From a virus, in the IMG/VR virus record IMGVR_UViG_3300009184_000044, positions 4,394 through 68,393 of that record: DNA of 64,000 nt; one strand, given 5' to 3'. Each line of letters starts with the position of its first letter. The first letter of the stretch is position 1. The notes beneath the pieces are model-generated. The model made no database searches. It saw only the letters and a list, made by a program, of their open reading frames with translations, and was not told where the DNA came from. Of this stretch, positions 9,411 through 22,400 are shown in pieces. The position numbers and the translations under genes were made by a program.

Positions 9411-11260
9411 TGGTTGATTATAAAGAACCTCAGGGGCAAGAAAATTATGTAGTAAGAACGGGCCTTACAAAACTCCCTCAACCGCACCTTACTGGTATGG
9501 TTCTTGCTGGAGATATCCGTATCAACGGGCTAACACTAAACACTATCGATGCTAATAATGTTGTTTGGGTTTGTACAGATATTGAAGGTTGGTGGAATGC
9601 ATCTGGTGTTGAGGTTCAAGACTACAAACGTGGTCTTGATGATGGTTCTTATGACGTGCGTGGACGTTGGACTGCTCGTAACCTAACCTTAACTGGCTCT
9701 ATACTCACTCAAACACCATCCCAGGTGCCTGCTGCTCGTCAAAAACTTCTTGAGACATTTAATCTTGTCTACACTGGTGCTTGGTTATTTGTAGATGAGA
9801 GTCCTAAAAAAGCAGCTTATGTGCGTCTTGTTGGTCAGCCAACAGTTACTAATACAAGTGCCCGCGGTCGTATTGATTTTTCTATTCCGCTAAAAGCTGG
9901 AGACCCTATTAAATATGACTGGAGCGGCTCTGAATCTGGAAATGGTCTTACATCTGTAGGTGTTACTAATTTAATTGCAAATCCTAATTTTGAGACTAAT
10001 ATCACTGGATGGGTGGCTGGAGATAACGGCACAGTTAGTCGCTCAACGGCTACTGGTACTTTTTATTCTGGTGTAGCATCTTTGAAAATAAGTTCTAATA
10101 CAGGAAGCAGCGATTATTGGGCAAACACTAACTCACCATGGCCTCTGGTAACTGCTGGTCAGCCGTACACGGCATCTATTTATGTCCGTTCTGAAGTTTA
10201 CACAACAAGAATGCACATATGTATTGACTGGTTAGATGCCTCAAATGCTGTAACAAGAAGTGAGAGCGAAGATTTTTCAATTAATACTTCTTGGAGCCGA
10301 GCTTACTTGACGGCTACGGCACCAGCTAATGCAGTTAAAGCAGCTATAACATTACGCAATTTTAAAGCAGGTACTGGAAGTGAAGCTGTATTTTACGATA
10401 ATGCTCTACTCCATCAAGCATCATCTATTTATTCATATTTTGATATAACTAATGTACCCTTAACTAATCAGGGGAATACTGATGTTGCAGCAACTTTTGT
10501 TGTCACAGCGCCTATAACTGCTCCTGCCTATATAAGAAGTGTTTCTGGCTCAACCACTGAAACTATAAAAATAATTAAAGATTTGCGTGACACTACTTTT
10601 AGCACATCTAATGTTTCCAGCTCAATACAGGAATCTGGTGTTGCTACTCTAACTATTACAAACCCCTCCGGTACATCTGCTCATGGATTTTTTGTAGGAG
10701 ACTCTGTAACTGTAAGTAATACTAACACTTTTAAGTATCATAAATCAAATGTTGTAATTACAGCAATAACCTCAAATACTTTAAGCTATGTTAACCCCGG
10801 TCCAACTATTACTAGTATTTCTCACTCATCTAACCTAGCTACAGTAACTACAGCTACTGCTCATGGATTATCTGCAACAAATAGTTTTTATATTTCAGGT
10901 ACAAGTAACCCTATTTTTAATGGCGTCTACACTGTATTGAATAAGCTTACAGATACTACATTTACTTTTACTAAAGCAATATCAAATCAGCCGACTAGCT
11001 ACGAGGGCACCCTATCTTATCAAATAGCTAGTGCCGACGTGAGTAGTGGTGTGGTTACACTTTTTAAGAATGATACTTTGAGCATTGACACATATAACAA
11101 TAGCGTTGAGTACCGTGGTCTTCCTGACAGTTCTCGCTCTATGCTTGATTCCACTATTGACTGGATAAAATTAAAACCTGGAAATAACAGCGTTACTTTT
11201 ACTAAAACTGGTGGGGCTGGCGATGCAGTGGTCAAATACCGCTCTGGCTGGATAGGGTAG
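9410..11260 (+). CDS. distal tail protein (Dit) with inserted carbohydrate-binding-like domains
   Basis: Follows the TMP. Dit-like N-terminus (DIEGWW, ARNLTLTG) and C-terminus (WIKLKPGNN..YRSGW). The insert starts NLIANPNFE (CBM-like). Confidence 0.75.
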   Translation: MVDYKEPQGQENYVVRTGLTKLPQPHLTGMVLAGDIRINGLTLNTIDANNVVWVCTDIEGWWNASGVEVQDYKRGLDDGSYDVRGRWTARNLTLTGSILTQTPSQVPAARQKLLETFNLVYTGAWLFVDESPKKAAYVRLVGQPTVTNTSARGRIDFSIPLKAGDPIKYDWSGSESGNGLTSVGVTNLIANPNFETNITGWVAGDNGTVSRSTATGTFYSGVASLKISSNTGSSDYWANTNSPWPLVTAGQPYTASIYVRSEVYTTRMHICIDWLDASNAVTRSESEDFSINTSWSRAYLTATAPANAVKAAITLRNFKAGTGSEAVFYDNALLHQASSIYSYFDITNVPLTNQGNTDVAATFVVTAPITAPAYIRSVSGSTTETIKIIKDLRDTTFSTSNVSSSIQESGVATLTITNPSGTSAHGFFVGDSVTVSNTNTFKYHKSNVVITAITSNTLSYVNPGPTITSISHSSNLATVTTATAHGLSATNSFYISGTSNPIFNGVYTVLNKLTDTTFTFTKAISNQPTSYEGTLSYQIASADVSSGVVTLFKNDTLSIDTYNNSVEYRGLPDSSRSMLDSTIDWIKLKPGNNSVTFTKTGGAGDAVVKYRSGWIG

Positions 11261-11302
11261 AATAGTACTAATAAGTACTTAAGACGATTACGTTAGGATG
11301 TA

Positions 11303-14300
11303 ATGCCAGATTATATTGTTCCAGTTGGTGATTCAACTGCACCCCGTTATCGTTACTATACAGCAGACCTAGTTACCAATAAGATTATTGGTGAGCTATC
11401 GTTAGAAGACGTTAGTTACGAGCGCAGTTTAAAAAGTCCTGGTAGCTTTGATGGAAAAATTACTGTTACAGAGCAAACTAACTCTTTAGACCTTTATAAT
11501 GCAACTATGCCAGGAAAAACTGCAATTTATGTAGTTAGAAATGATGTATGCGTTTGGGGCGGCATTATTTGGGGTAGAACTTATGACATGATTGGTCGTA
11601 CCCTTACTTTTTCTGCTAGCGAGTTTACTAGCTATCTAAATCACAGAATGATTTGGAAGGCATACTCTCAAACATTTGAAGCCAGACTTGTAAAAGTTAA
11701 AAATAATAATAATACTTTTGTTTTTATACAATCCACTGGCAAAGTTTTATTGGAGGCTCCGTCTAGGGGCGAAAAAGTTCGCGTTTCGTTTTTACCTGCT
11801 AAACTAAGAAAATACACCGGTACTTATGAAATTTTAGATTTAGATACTGATGGAGCTCCGTCAAATCCGGGGCAAAGTTCATTTTACATTAAGATTCCAC
11901 CACTTCCTACCCCGCCTACAGGTACTTATCCCAATGTAACAATAACAATGAAGGTAGATACTTACTCTTTTTTGCGTGATTTAATTACCAATACTTTAAA
12001 TGATTTTCAATATATTCAATTTCCTAATGAAGAAATTACTCCTGGAATTAGAGTTCCAATAACAGTTACAAAAAAACAACTAGTAATTAGCGATGACGCT
12101 CATGGTATTGCTACTTTGACTACGGGGACTGCTCACGGGTTGATTGTTGGCCAACGAATTGAAATATCAAATGTTGATAAATTATTAAATGGTAGATATC
12201 TTGTTTCTGAGATTCCCAGTCCTACTACTTTTACATATGTAATTAGTGACCCTGTAAGTGATTATAATAAACTAAGCCCTATAACTCTTACTAATATTTC
12301 TCCAACAGAGGTTGTCATTCAACAAACTCCAGCTCAATATAGGCAGATTACCAAATACACTGAAGAGTATATAACTCACTTAGAAAGAACCGGCGGATTA
12401 GTAGAGCTTACACTAAACTCTGACCATAAATTTTCTATTGGGGATAAAGTTATTGTAAGTATTGAAGACAAAAAGCCGGCTCTTCAAATTGAAAATGATA
12501 AAAAAGTTAATAGTTTTGACTATGTAAAATATAATAACACTGTTGAAATTAGTGATATTACTTCTAGGAGTATATTTTTTACTGACCCTAATCCAAATCA
12601 TACAAATTCTAAATATGATAGAAAAAAGCAATCTGTTGAAAATATAGAAAATAATATTGTTAAAAATGCTGCAGAAAAAACTATGCTTAAAGTATTTCCG
12701 GGCGGAGCAGTTATCCACGGGTACAACATTGGTGAACAAGTAAAAATAATAAATGTTGACGGCTATAATACTAGCTGGTCTAATCCTATTTTTGATGGCT
12801 ATGCTGAAATATTTGAGGTTTCACCTGGTATATCTCATACAATCAACTACTACAAAGTGGTGGTTGACCCTGATATTACTGATGCTACGGAGTATCAAAA
12901 AGACACCCTTGTCTACATATATTTTGATATGGCCGACCCTAAATTTAAAGCTGGAGATGAAATCTTAATTGAGGGGTTAAGCAATGATATGACTACCCCT
13001 ACTCCTATAGATATTAGTTCTCTTAATGGTTATTTTAAAATTGAAGAAGACTCTGCTCCAGATAGTGCTCATGGTAACAGGTACTACGTCTATTTTAGAA
13101 TGCTTTGGGAGGCTACTGCATATGTGGGAGCGGGCTCTGGTGGTATTGCATCTGTAAATGGAAAATCTTGGATTGGATACGAACCTGCATATAGTGAAAT
13201 TAAATATGATGTCAGTTTAAAAGAACCGGACGCTCAATCTAGTATTTTACAGGTAAAATATAAAGCTGATGCTGGCGCATCTGCAAATAGGATGGTAGTA
13301 AATACTACTACTAGACATAGTTTAACTGCAGGCGATTACGTTTCTATTAAGTATTCAAAAACTGAAGACCAAGAAATTTATGGTGCTGACTATGTAAAAG
13401 TTATTACAGTGCCAGATTTAAATACTTTTAGCTACTCTATTCCAAAGAACTCTAAATCTACAAAAGATAAACCAATCCCTCCTAAAAAAGATACTGATGG
13501 ATTTGTCACAAAAGCTGGACTTGTTACTAGAATAAAGTCTATCATTGGTGCTCCTCAGCCGGTCTCTATCTCTTTCAGTCATGCTGAGTCTAAAGGTGCT
13601 AATGAAGGTGGAACTGTAACATTGTATTCCACTGACCACGGTCTCATGGCTGGTGACTATATTTTTGTTGATGCTGCTAGTAGTAAGTCTGAATTTTTAG
13701 AAAATGGTAGACAATCTGTAAAAATTACTGATACTACTAAAGATACAATTAGCTATAATATTAATGGCGATATCCCGACTACAGACTCCATGGAAATTAG
13801 AGGTGTGGGTTTTGACACTAGTAGTGGGCAAAAAGTTGTATTTTTTGATGTTGTAGAAAAAGGCTCTCAGGTAGCTGCTCGTACAAATACAATTACTAAA
13901 ATAAAGCCTAAATGGCATAAAGGTGCTTCAAATAGTAATTATGTAACCTATACAACTTCTGTTGCAACAACGGCAGTAGCTGGGGACAAAGTTACTATCT
14001 CTGGACTAGCTAACGTAGGTAGCATAACTACTAGCACCACAACTGCAACTCCTGCTATGGAATATTTTAAATATACTGCTGGCAGCGTTTTTGATACAAC
14101 AAAAATAAAAAAACAACTAGCTAAAACTTTACTTATAAAATTTACGTCTGCTCATGGGTTAAATCCTGACACTGGCTCTGCTGATGATAACGCGCCTAAA
14201 ACTAAAAATACTATAAAAATGTCGGGATTTATATCAAGAAATGATGTAATGACTGATGTACTTAGAAGTGCTGTTCTAGTTAGTGGTATTCGTTATAATT

Positions 14301-16450
14301 TAGAGTCGAGAAACTTAGCATCTGCATTAAATAATAAAGAGTTCCAGGTTTTAATGGTTCCTGATAGTACCTCGTTAATTATCAAAGTCGATATAGGTAA
14401 AAAAGATTTTGAATCTTTTTCTAGTCTTGTTAGTTCGTACTCTAGCACTGTCTACAATAAAAACTTTGTAACAAATACTTTTAAGAACTTTGCTCAGTTC
14501 AATAGGGCTGGAACTGTTGACTATGTTAGCGGCTCAACGTTCTCCGTAAAATACGACTTTTTATCTGGAAATAGTGGCAATGGCGTAAGTAGTTCGGACG
14601 CTATTGGTACTGAATACATTTTAGCAACTCAGGGAGCTGCTAAGCTAGCTGCATATAATAAGTCAAATATTGCTATTGGCTCTAAACTTAATGTTTTAGG
14701 CTTGCAAGATTATACTTCAACAACAACTAAAAAAGTATTAAAGTTTTCTAAACTGAATGGGCCTCACACAGTTAAAGCCGTTGCAGCTAACTCAAACTAT
14801 TCTGATGGAAAAACATCTACTAGAGTGACCGTTGTAAATAACTTAAAAACGGATGATGGTAAGAGTACTTTAGTACTGAATAACCTTCCTTACCCGGACT
14901 TTGATGCTAACTACACTGATGCAAAATACCCTTCACTATCTAAAGCAAAGATTGAAAAATGGCAATCTACTGCTGGAACTGCACGTTTAGATTTTACTAG
15001 AACTAATGCTCAAGTTCAAGAAATAACGGGAGTCGCTAGAACTGGCTCGCCTGCAATAACCGCTACTTTTACTACTTCTGATTCTCATAAGTTTGTTGTA
15101 GGAGATTTTGTTGAAGTGAGTATTACTGGTAAATCTTCAGCTGCTTTTGAGCAAGGCGGCAGGTCTAGACAACTCACGGCTGTAACCGATACAACTTTTA
15201 GCTATACAATGACGGCACCTACAAAAATTGTTTATTACTCTATAAGTGATGAAGTTGCTACTCTTTATTTTGCAAATAACTCTCCGCATAACTTAGTAGT
15301 TGGCGATGTAATAACTGTCTCCGGCATAGTTGCTTCAGTAAATGGCTCTAGAACTATAACTAGCACTGGAGTCAGTAGTATTAGTTTTGCAGTAGCTTCT
15401 GGAACTGCGGACGTTACAAAAGCTAGAAATAATGGAACTATATCTGTAACTAGTTACGTCAATTTTAGCAATAATGGTTATAACGGCTATGCAGTTCCCG
15501 GAGCTTTTATTCAACGTATTCCTACAGTATTTGCAAGAACTTTTGGTGAGTTTCCTCTAAATGCTAAAATTGGAACTTTTGGATACTCTACTAATGAATA
15601 TAGTGGAAATGCTATTCAAAACACTCCTATTACCGGAAGCTCGCTAAATACAGTTGCAAGTATATTAGATAAATATAGCAATGGAATTTCAGGCTTTGAG
15701 TATAGAGTTGACTCTAAATTAGAGTATGACACTAAAAACGATGCTCAAAGTAATAAAAACTTTACTAAAACTTTTGTTCTTATTCCAATATTTCCGGCGA
15801 CTATGACTGAATACCTAAATAGTCTACCTAACAATAAACTTGCTACTGGCCAATGGGCACCGCCAGCTGCATTTGGTGCAGATAAAGTTATTTTTGAATA
15901 CCCTGGAAATATTACTAACGTAAATATGACTGAAAGTGCGCAAGACTCGGCTACTCGTATGTTTGTATCTTCTAGCAGTAATGGTAGCGGTGCGGGAGAA
16001 GTTCCGTATGCAGCTGCGTCGGATACTACTTTGCTGGGGGCTGGTTGGCCGCTACTTGATAAAAAAGAAACTGTAACCTACCCTCAGCCTAACAATGCTG
16101 GTAATAAAAATGTTGATGATTTTGGAAACTATGATATAGAGACAGACCTTAACGTTTCTGCAGTTAGATTTTTACATGAATCTAAGCCTCCTCAGGGGGA
16201 TATTACAATAAGTGTAAATGGCTCTATCACTCCTGTTGTTGGCAGCTATAACCCCGGCGATTGGTGTTCTATAATTATTAAAGATAATTTTATAAAAAAT
16301 CGTCTAAATAGTCCACTTGAGCCTAGAAAAGATGTAATTGTTCGTAAAATTGATGCTATTAAAGTTTCAGTTCCAAATAACCCTGCATTCCCAGAAATGA
16401 TTGATTTGACACTAGTTCCTGATTGGCAGGTTGACACAATTGGCAAGTAG
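11303..16450 (+). CDS. minor tail / baseplate hub protein with a large repeated beta-domain insertion
   Basis: Hub-like N-terminus (YYTADLVT..IIGEL, VWGGIIW) and C-terminus (GWPLLD, SYNPGDWC). About 10 copies of an H.(L/F)..G(D/Q).V.I motif lie in between. Confidence 0.7.
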   Translation: MPDYIVPVGDSTAPRYRYYTADLVTNKIIGELSLEDVSYERSLKSPGSFDGKITVTEQTNSLDLYNATMPGKTAIYVVRNDVCVWGGIIWGRTYDMIGRTLTFSASEFTSYLNHRMIWKAYSQTFEARLVKVKNNNNTFVFIQSTGKVLLEAPSRGEKVRVSFLPAKLRKYTGTYEILDLDTDGAPSNPGQSSFYIKIPPLPTPPTGTYPNVTITMKVDTYSFLRDLITNTLNDFQYIQFPNEEITPGIRVPITVTKKQLVISDDAHGIATLTTGTAHGLIVGQRIEISNVDKLLNGRYLVSEIPSPTTFTYVISDPVSDYNKLSPITLTNISPTEVVIQQTPAQYRQITKYTEEYITHLERTGGLVELTLNSDHKFSIGDKVIVSIEDKKPALQIENDKKVNSFDYVKYNNTVEISDITSRSIFFTDPNPNHTNSKYDRKKQSVENIENNIVKNAAEKTMLKVFPGGAVIHGYNIGEQVKIINVDGYNTSWSNPIFDGYAEIFEVSPGISHTINYYKVVVDPDITDATEYQKDTLVYIYFDMADPKFKAGDEILIEGLSNDMTTPTPIDISSLNGYFKIEEDSAPDSAHGNRYYVYFRMLWEATAYVGAGSGGIASVNGKSWIGYEPAYSEIKYDVSLKEPDAQSSILQVKYKADAGASANRMVVNTTTRHSLTAGDYVSIKYSKTEDQEIYGADYVKVITVPDLNTFSYSIPKNSKSTKDKPIPPKKDTDGFVTKAGLVTRIKSIIGAPQPVSISFSHAESKGANEGGTVTLYSTDHGLMAGDYIFVDAASSKSEFLENGRQSVKITDTTKDTISYNINGDIPTTDSMEIRGVGFDTSSGQKVVFFDVVEKGSQVAARTNTITKIKPKWHKGASNSNYVTYTTSVATTAVAGDKVTISGLANVGSITTSTTTATPAMEYFKYTAGSVFDTTKIKKQLAKTLLIKFTSAHGLNPDTGSADDNAPKTKNTIKMSGFISRNDVMTDVLRSAVLVSGIRYNLESRNLASALNNKEFQVLMVPDSTSLIIKVDIGKKDFESFSSLVSSYSSTVYNKNFVTNTFKNFAQFNRAGTVDYVSGSTFSVKYDFLSGNSGNGVSSSDAIGTEYILATQGAAKLAAYNKSNIAIGSKLNVLGLQDYTSTTTKKVLKFSKLNGPHTVKAVAANSNYSDGKTSTRVTVVNNLKTDDGKSTLVLNNLPYPDFDANYTDAKYPSLSKAKIEKWQSTAGTARLDFTRTNAQVQEITGVARTGSPAITATFTTSDSHKFVVGDFVEVSITGKSSAAFEQGGRSRQLTAVTDTTFSYTMTAPTKIVYYSISDEVATLYFANNSPHNLVVGDVITVSGIVASVNGSRTITSTGVSSISFAVASGTADVTKARNNGTISVTSYVNFSNNGYNGYAVPGAFIQRIPTVFARTFGEFPLNAKIGTFGYSTNEYSGNAIQNTPITGSSLNTVASILDKYSNGISGFEYRVDSKLEYDTKNDAQSNKNFTKTFVLIPIFPATMTEYLNSLPNNKLATGQWAPPAAFGADKVIFEYPGNITNVNMTESAQDSATRMFVSSSSNGSGAGEVPYAAASDTTLLGAGWPLLDKKETVTYPQPNNAGNKNVDDFGNYDIETDLNVSAVRFLHESKPPQGDITISVNGSITPVVGSYNPGDWCSIIIKDNFIKNRLNSPLEPRKDVIVRKIDAIKVSVPNNPAFPEMIDLTLVPDWQVDTIGK

Positions 16451-19400
16451 AAGAATAACTAGAACTAAGAGTTTTAGTTCATATCTATCATCTATTAATG
16501 ATGAAGTTTCAGTACTAAAGTCTAGAGACGATACTACTGGATTAGGCCTTGCTAATGGGTCTGTATCTGCAAATTCTCTAGCTGATGAACTATCTTTAGC
16601 GTCTAATGGAATTCATAGTAGTAATTATATCCCCAACTACGCTGGTTGGCGTATTAGTGGTTCTGGTGTAGCCGAATTTTCTGATGTATTTGTGCGTGGA
16701 GATATCAACGCTTACTCGGGAACTATCGGTTACTGGAATATCAGCTCTCCTTCTGTTAGTCGTACTTTTGGTGATATCACCCTTTATGGAACTTTTCTTG
16801 AAAGTGCTGCCATTGGTGATTCAGATGTAAATAAAACTAGCGGTACATATGTTGCACTTTTTAAGTCTTATGAGTTGCAACCAAATTTTATTGTTTCTAA
16901 ATATCGTAGAGATAATATTGCAACTATTACTACTCCCGGACATGCTTTTCTTTTAGGAGATAAAGTATATGTATCCATTGACGGTGACGTAGATGGCTTT
17001 AATGCTTTAGCTTCTCCAGTATCTATTATTCAAGCTACCGGAGATACTATTAGCTATATCAACGATGGTGTTGATTTTACTAATCTAAACTCTAGCGGCG
17101 ATGCCGTTACTAATAATTCAATTGGTACTGTAACTCTTTATAATCCTGATGTTGCTGGTTTATATCTAAAAGACTATTCAAAGCGTGAGTTTGATTATGG
17201 ATACTTTTCTAATACTGGTGTTTCTTATACTTCTGCAGAAGATATCAACGTAATTGAAAATCCTAGTTTTGAATATAATAGCGCATATTCTGATACCTCG
17301 TGGGCAGCGGGTGCCGGCCTAACTTTGACTTCTAGCGGCGTTAGTTTATCGTCCTCTTCTGTCTATAGGGGTGGCAGTGCTTTTGGTTTAGGTCTTAACT
17401 GGACTACTGCAGTTAGTACCTACTTAACTGGAAACATAGACTATACCGCTGGAAAATCTTATAATGTATTTGGTTTAGGTAGAAATTTGTATTTTGGAAT
17501 TTCAATATTTCCTAAATATACTCCAGCGGAGTCGACTATAAGTAGCATACAGACATTTAACTTGACCGGCAATTTTACCTCTGCTACTGCAACTGCTACA
17601 ACTATTACCTACACAGGTAGTGGATTAAATTTTTCTGCTGGTCAGTACATAACTGTTCCTCAGCCGGGAACTGTCGGATTTACAACTAATGCTTCTAGAT
17701 TCAACATTACTAATCAAAAAATAAAAACTGCAAATAGCACAACTGTTACTGTCGAGTTAGCTGGTGCTGCTGTTTCCGAAACGGCTGCAGTGACTGCGTC
17801 TACGGGACTGTTAAGGGTAATTATTCCCGCTACTAGTCCTTTTACTTCCGGAGATACTGCATTCTTAGACGCTGATGCTGGAGTTTACAATGCCACTTAT
17901 GGTGAAATTACTAATTATTATTCTCCGCATACCATTGCTGATGGTACTCAGGGGTATACATACACTGTTGCGCCTTTTCCAGTGCCTACAACAACAACAT
18001 TTTATTTACAAACAGAGTACGGTTTTACAGAAACAACCGCAACCAATCTTACACTTGAGAGTCATTACAATACTGGTGGTGTTGTTTCTAGAACTCAAAA
18101 AATATTTAAACCATATGAACTTGCTTTAGATTTATCTGCCATTGCTTTTACATACTCTACTGGCTCTGTATCTACTTCAATATCAAATGTGCTTTCTAGC
18201 GGCACTACCGCACTATGGTCTAGCAGCTCAAGAAATAAATATTTAATAAGTACGGCTAATGACTATATGCTTGGGTATTTAGACTCTACAGTTAAAATAC
18301 CTGCAATGAAAAAGTCTATTTCAACTATTCTCGACGGTGCTAGCATAAATGCTGCATACCTTGCTGCTGATGCAACTGGATATAATCTTAGTTCCGATAT
18401 TAAAATTAATATTCCTGGCTGGCTAGTATTGCATGATGGAAATGGGATTGTACCCCCTTCTCCTACTAAATTAGAAACTATTGGTTATATTGCAGACAGC
18501 GTTTATTTATCTACTGCATCTAACTTCTTTTACGGCAATGAGCTAACTAACTACAGATGGTATACCGCTACTACAGATGCTGTAGTTTCAGGACCAAGTC
18601 AAGCTTCTATAGAAGGTACTAAATCTTGGATAGATGTAAACCTAGTAAGTCAATCTGCGCACCTAGACTATTTTGACTACGTTGGTTTTAGAAACAATAC
18701 ATTTGACTATACAATGACTGCTCGTCCAGGAATTACTATTTTAGATACAACAGCTACCATTGCTAAGTTTCCCGACTCTGTTTATGAAACTACTACAGTT
18801 ACCGGTGGCAAGTATCAATACTCTACTTCTTCTACAACATATAGGAATATATCCCCGTCTCTTAAACTTCTTACTGGCGAGAGGTCTTCTGCCTTTGAAC
18901 TATCTACCCTATCAAAGACTGTTAACTCTTCCGGTACAGAAGATTTTTCTAAAGGTGCAGTTGTTTATGGTGTTTATAATCAAAATGATTCAGGGTCAAC
19001 TACTATTTACACTGGCAGCGATAAATTTGTTTGGACGTCCTATACTTCTTTACTAGATAATGAAAATTTAGCGCAAGTTATTTTTGAACCTGATTTAGCT
19101 ACTTTCAAACAAAAAGTTTTAGGTTTATCGGGATTTACTGGAAGTACTCTACGTCTAACTACATCTAGTGCTCTTAGTCTTATATCTAGCTCTCATGCTT
19201 TGCAATTGGGAGCAACTGAGTCCGCAAACTTACGAGCTGATAGTAATGAAATACAAGCTGTAACTGCCAGTGTAGCTTCAACAATGTTTTTAAATCGCAG
19301 TGGTGGAAATGTTAATATTGGAAATGCTGCATCTACTATTACAGTTATAGGTGATTTGAAGGTAAATGGTGCTGCTGTCTATGATGGTGGAGTTAGCTAT

Positions 19401-22400
19401 GCTGGAACTGGAACATATGCAAGACTAAGAGCTACCGCTACCGATAGTGTCGGCACTGGTACTCAAGGGTTCCAATTGGGGGCTAATGGCGCTGTAAACC
19501 TACAAATGGACCGTAATAGTATTCAAGTTTATAGTGGTACTGGTAGTAATAAATCTGCCATAGGTGTAAACTCACTTGGCGGGGATGTCACCATCGGCTC
19601 TTCAACTTCTACAGTTTCTATTCCTGGCACTACATCTTTTGCAAATGTTGATACTACCGGGCATGTTAGTGCTGGTGGTGCAATTTATACATCTACTGGA
19701 AATATTAGAACTTTTAATGGAGATTTATACACATCTTCTGGAAATATCTACACATCTTCTGGAGGATTTACTGGGGATACTATTCGTCTTACATCTACTA
19801 CGGATGTTACAGCTATCTCAACTGCTCATGCTTTCCAGATTGGTGCAGCTACTAGCGGAACAGCTAACTTACGCATAGATTCTAATGAAATTGGTGCTTT
19901 TACATTTAATACTCCTAGTACACTAAGCCTAAATAATTTAGGTGGAACTGTTAGTATTGGAAGCACTTCGTCTGATGTACTTATCAAAAAATTGACTGTA
20001 GCGGGATATGTAACTAATGCTGCTGATGGAACTTTAGGGACTACTACAAGCATTCCTAAATCTGTGGTTGGTCTTGGTAACGTAGAGAATACTGCCCTCT
20101 CTACATGGGGAGGTTCTACTAATATCACCACAGTTGGGTCAATTAGCGCAGGAACTTGGAATGCCACTGCAATTGCTGATGGAAAAATTGCATCAGCTCT
20201 TACAGGTAAAACTTACAATGGCCTAACAATTACAACTAGCACAGGTACTTTGACAATTGCTGCTAGTAAAACTCTTACCGTAAATAACACAATTGCAATA
20301 AGTGCTACTAATGACAGCAATAGCGGTCTTAACATTGGGGGTGGTGGAACATTAGGAAGTGCGGCGTTTACAGCATCTACCGCATATATTTCTTCTACAC
20401 TAATGTCAGCACTAGGGGATACTATTTACGGTGGAGCTTCTGGTGCAGCTACTAAATTACTTGGAAACACTACTAGTACTAAGAAATTCCTGCGTCAAAC
20501 TGGTGATGGTACTGCTTCAGCCGCCCCTGCCTGGGATACTGTCACAAAAACTGACGTTGGCCTTGGTAACGTAGACAACACAACAGATGCAAACAAGCCA
20601 GTCTCCACAGCAACTCAGACTGCTCTAGACCTAAAGGCAAACCTTGCTAGCCCTGCATTTACGGGAACTGCAACTAGTACAGGACTAACAGTAAATGGAC
20701 TACTTGAAGTGCAGACTGGTGCTGTTCGCGTTGCTTTATTTGGTGGAGATGCTAACGGTTCGATAGAGCTTGGTAAATTAGGGGTATCAACAACACCGTT
20801 TATTGACTTCCATTCGGGAGCTACAACAACTGACTATGACTCTCGCATTATTGCATCTGGAGGTAATGGAACATCAGGGCAAGGAACATTAACTTACAAT
20901 GCAGCAACACATGTATTTAGTGGAGGTATAAATAACGCAGTATTTACAGGAAATATTCCGACTGTTACTGGCTCTGATGCCGGAAGCGTAAAATATGATA
21001 CTAATTTAGTAAATAGAGCATATTTAGATAGTCAAATTATTAATTTAATTTGGAGAGAACAAGTAAAATGTGCAACTACTGCAGCACTAGGTGCTTCAGA
21101 TAGTAACTCTCTCGGTAATCTTCTCGGTGGAACAATCACTCCTACCTACTCTAATGTTTTAGGAACTACAAGTACTGATGGTACTGGATATTTTGGAATA
21201 ACATCATCAACATCTCAAACTATTGCTTCTAGTGGAAGTCTTGTTTTTGCTCTAACTTTAGCTAGCTCACCTCATGCTCTATCTATTGGTCAAAGTGTGC
21301 GTATTAGCGTTACAGATACTCCAAGCACTTATATGGATGGAACTATTACTTTAATAAGCCAATCAAGTATGACTGTCACCATAAATGCTTCTTCCGGCAG
21401 TGGAACTTATAGTACATGGACTATAAGCACTATTAGGTCGACTCTTACAGTAACTCCATCTGTTAACTGGACTCAAGTTACTATTGATGGTCAAAGTCTT
21501 GCTATAAATGACCGTGTTCTTATTAAAAATCAAACTGCTGCTCTACAGAATGGTATTTATGTAGTAACTGGTATAGGTGCAGTTGGTACTACTACCCCGT
21601 TTATATTTACCAGAGCATTTGATTCTGATTTAGCTTCAGAAAACTTTGTAAGATATGGCGTATATGTTCAATATGGCAGCACTTACTCCGATAAAACCTT
21701 TACAAATATTGTAAATGGTGATGTTACAATGGGGACTACTTCCCTTACATTTGCTTTAGCTGGTGGTCTTGCTAATGCAATTGTTCCAACTTCTGGTACA
21801 TATAGAATTCCATATACAAATGCTACTAGAGGGCTTACATATACTAATGCTTCAACTCAGCCTGGGCAGCTTTTGAAGAGTGGTTATGCTGCTCCGGGTG
21901 CAAATGCTCCTGGTTGGTATGATGCAAACCCATTTGAAGTAAAAACAGGAAAAATTGCTTCTGGTGATTGGGATACCAATACAGACGGAGAAGCAACTGT
22001 AACTTTTAATGTTCCTTTTCCAAAAGGCGTTGTGCCAAATATAACATTTACTCCAGTGTCTAGCTCTACTAATTATATTCATTCAGTTACTTTAAAGGCA
22101 CTTCCAAACTATACTGGATTTACAGCCATTATTAGAAGTTGGGATGGTACAAATATAATTACTAGTCAGATTCCAACTACTTACTGGATAGCAACTCAGG
22201 GGGGAAGAACTAGTAAGTCAGCTATTGATATTACTGCTACAAGCGGTAATGGTTCTTTAGTTACAATTACTACTGATACTGCTCATGGATTTATTACTAG
22301 TGATAAAGTCACTATCGCTGGTGTAGTGCCTACTGGCTATAATGGAACTTATACTGTATCTACAAGTTCAACAATTCGATACAACTATTGTTTAAATCCT

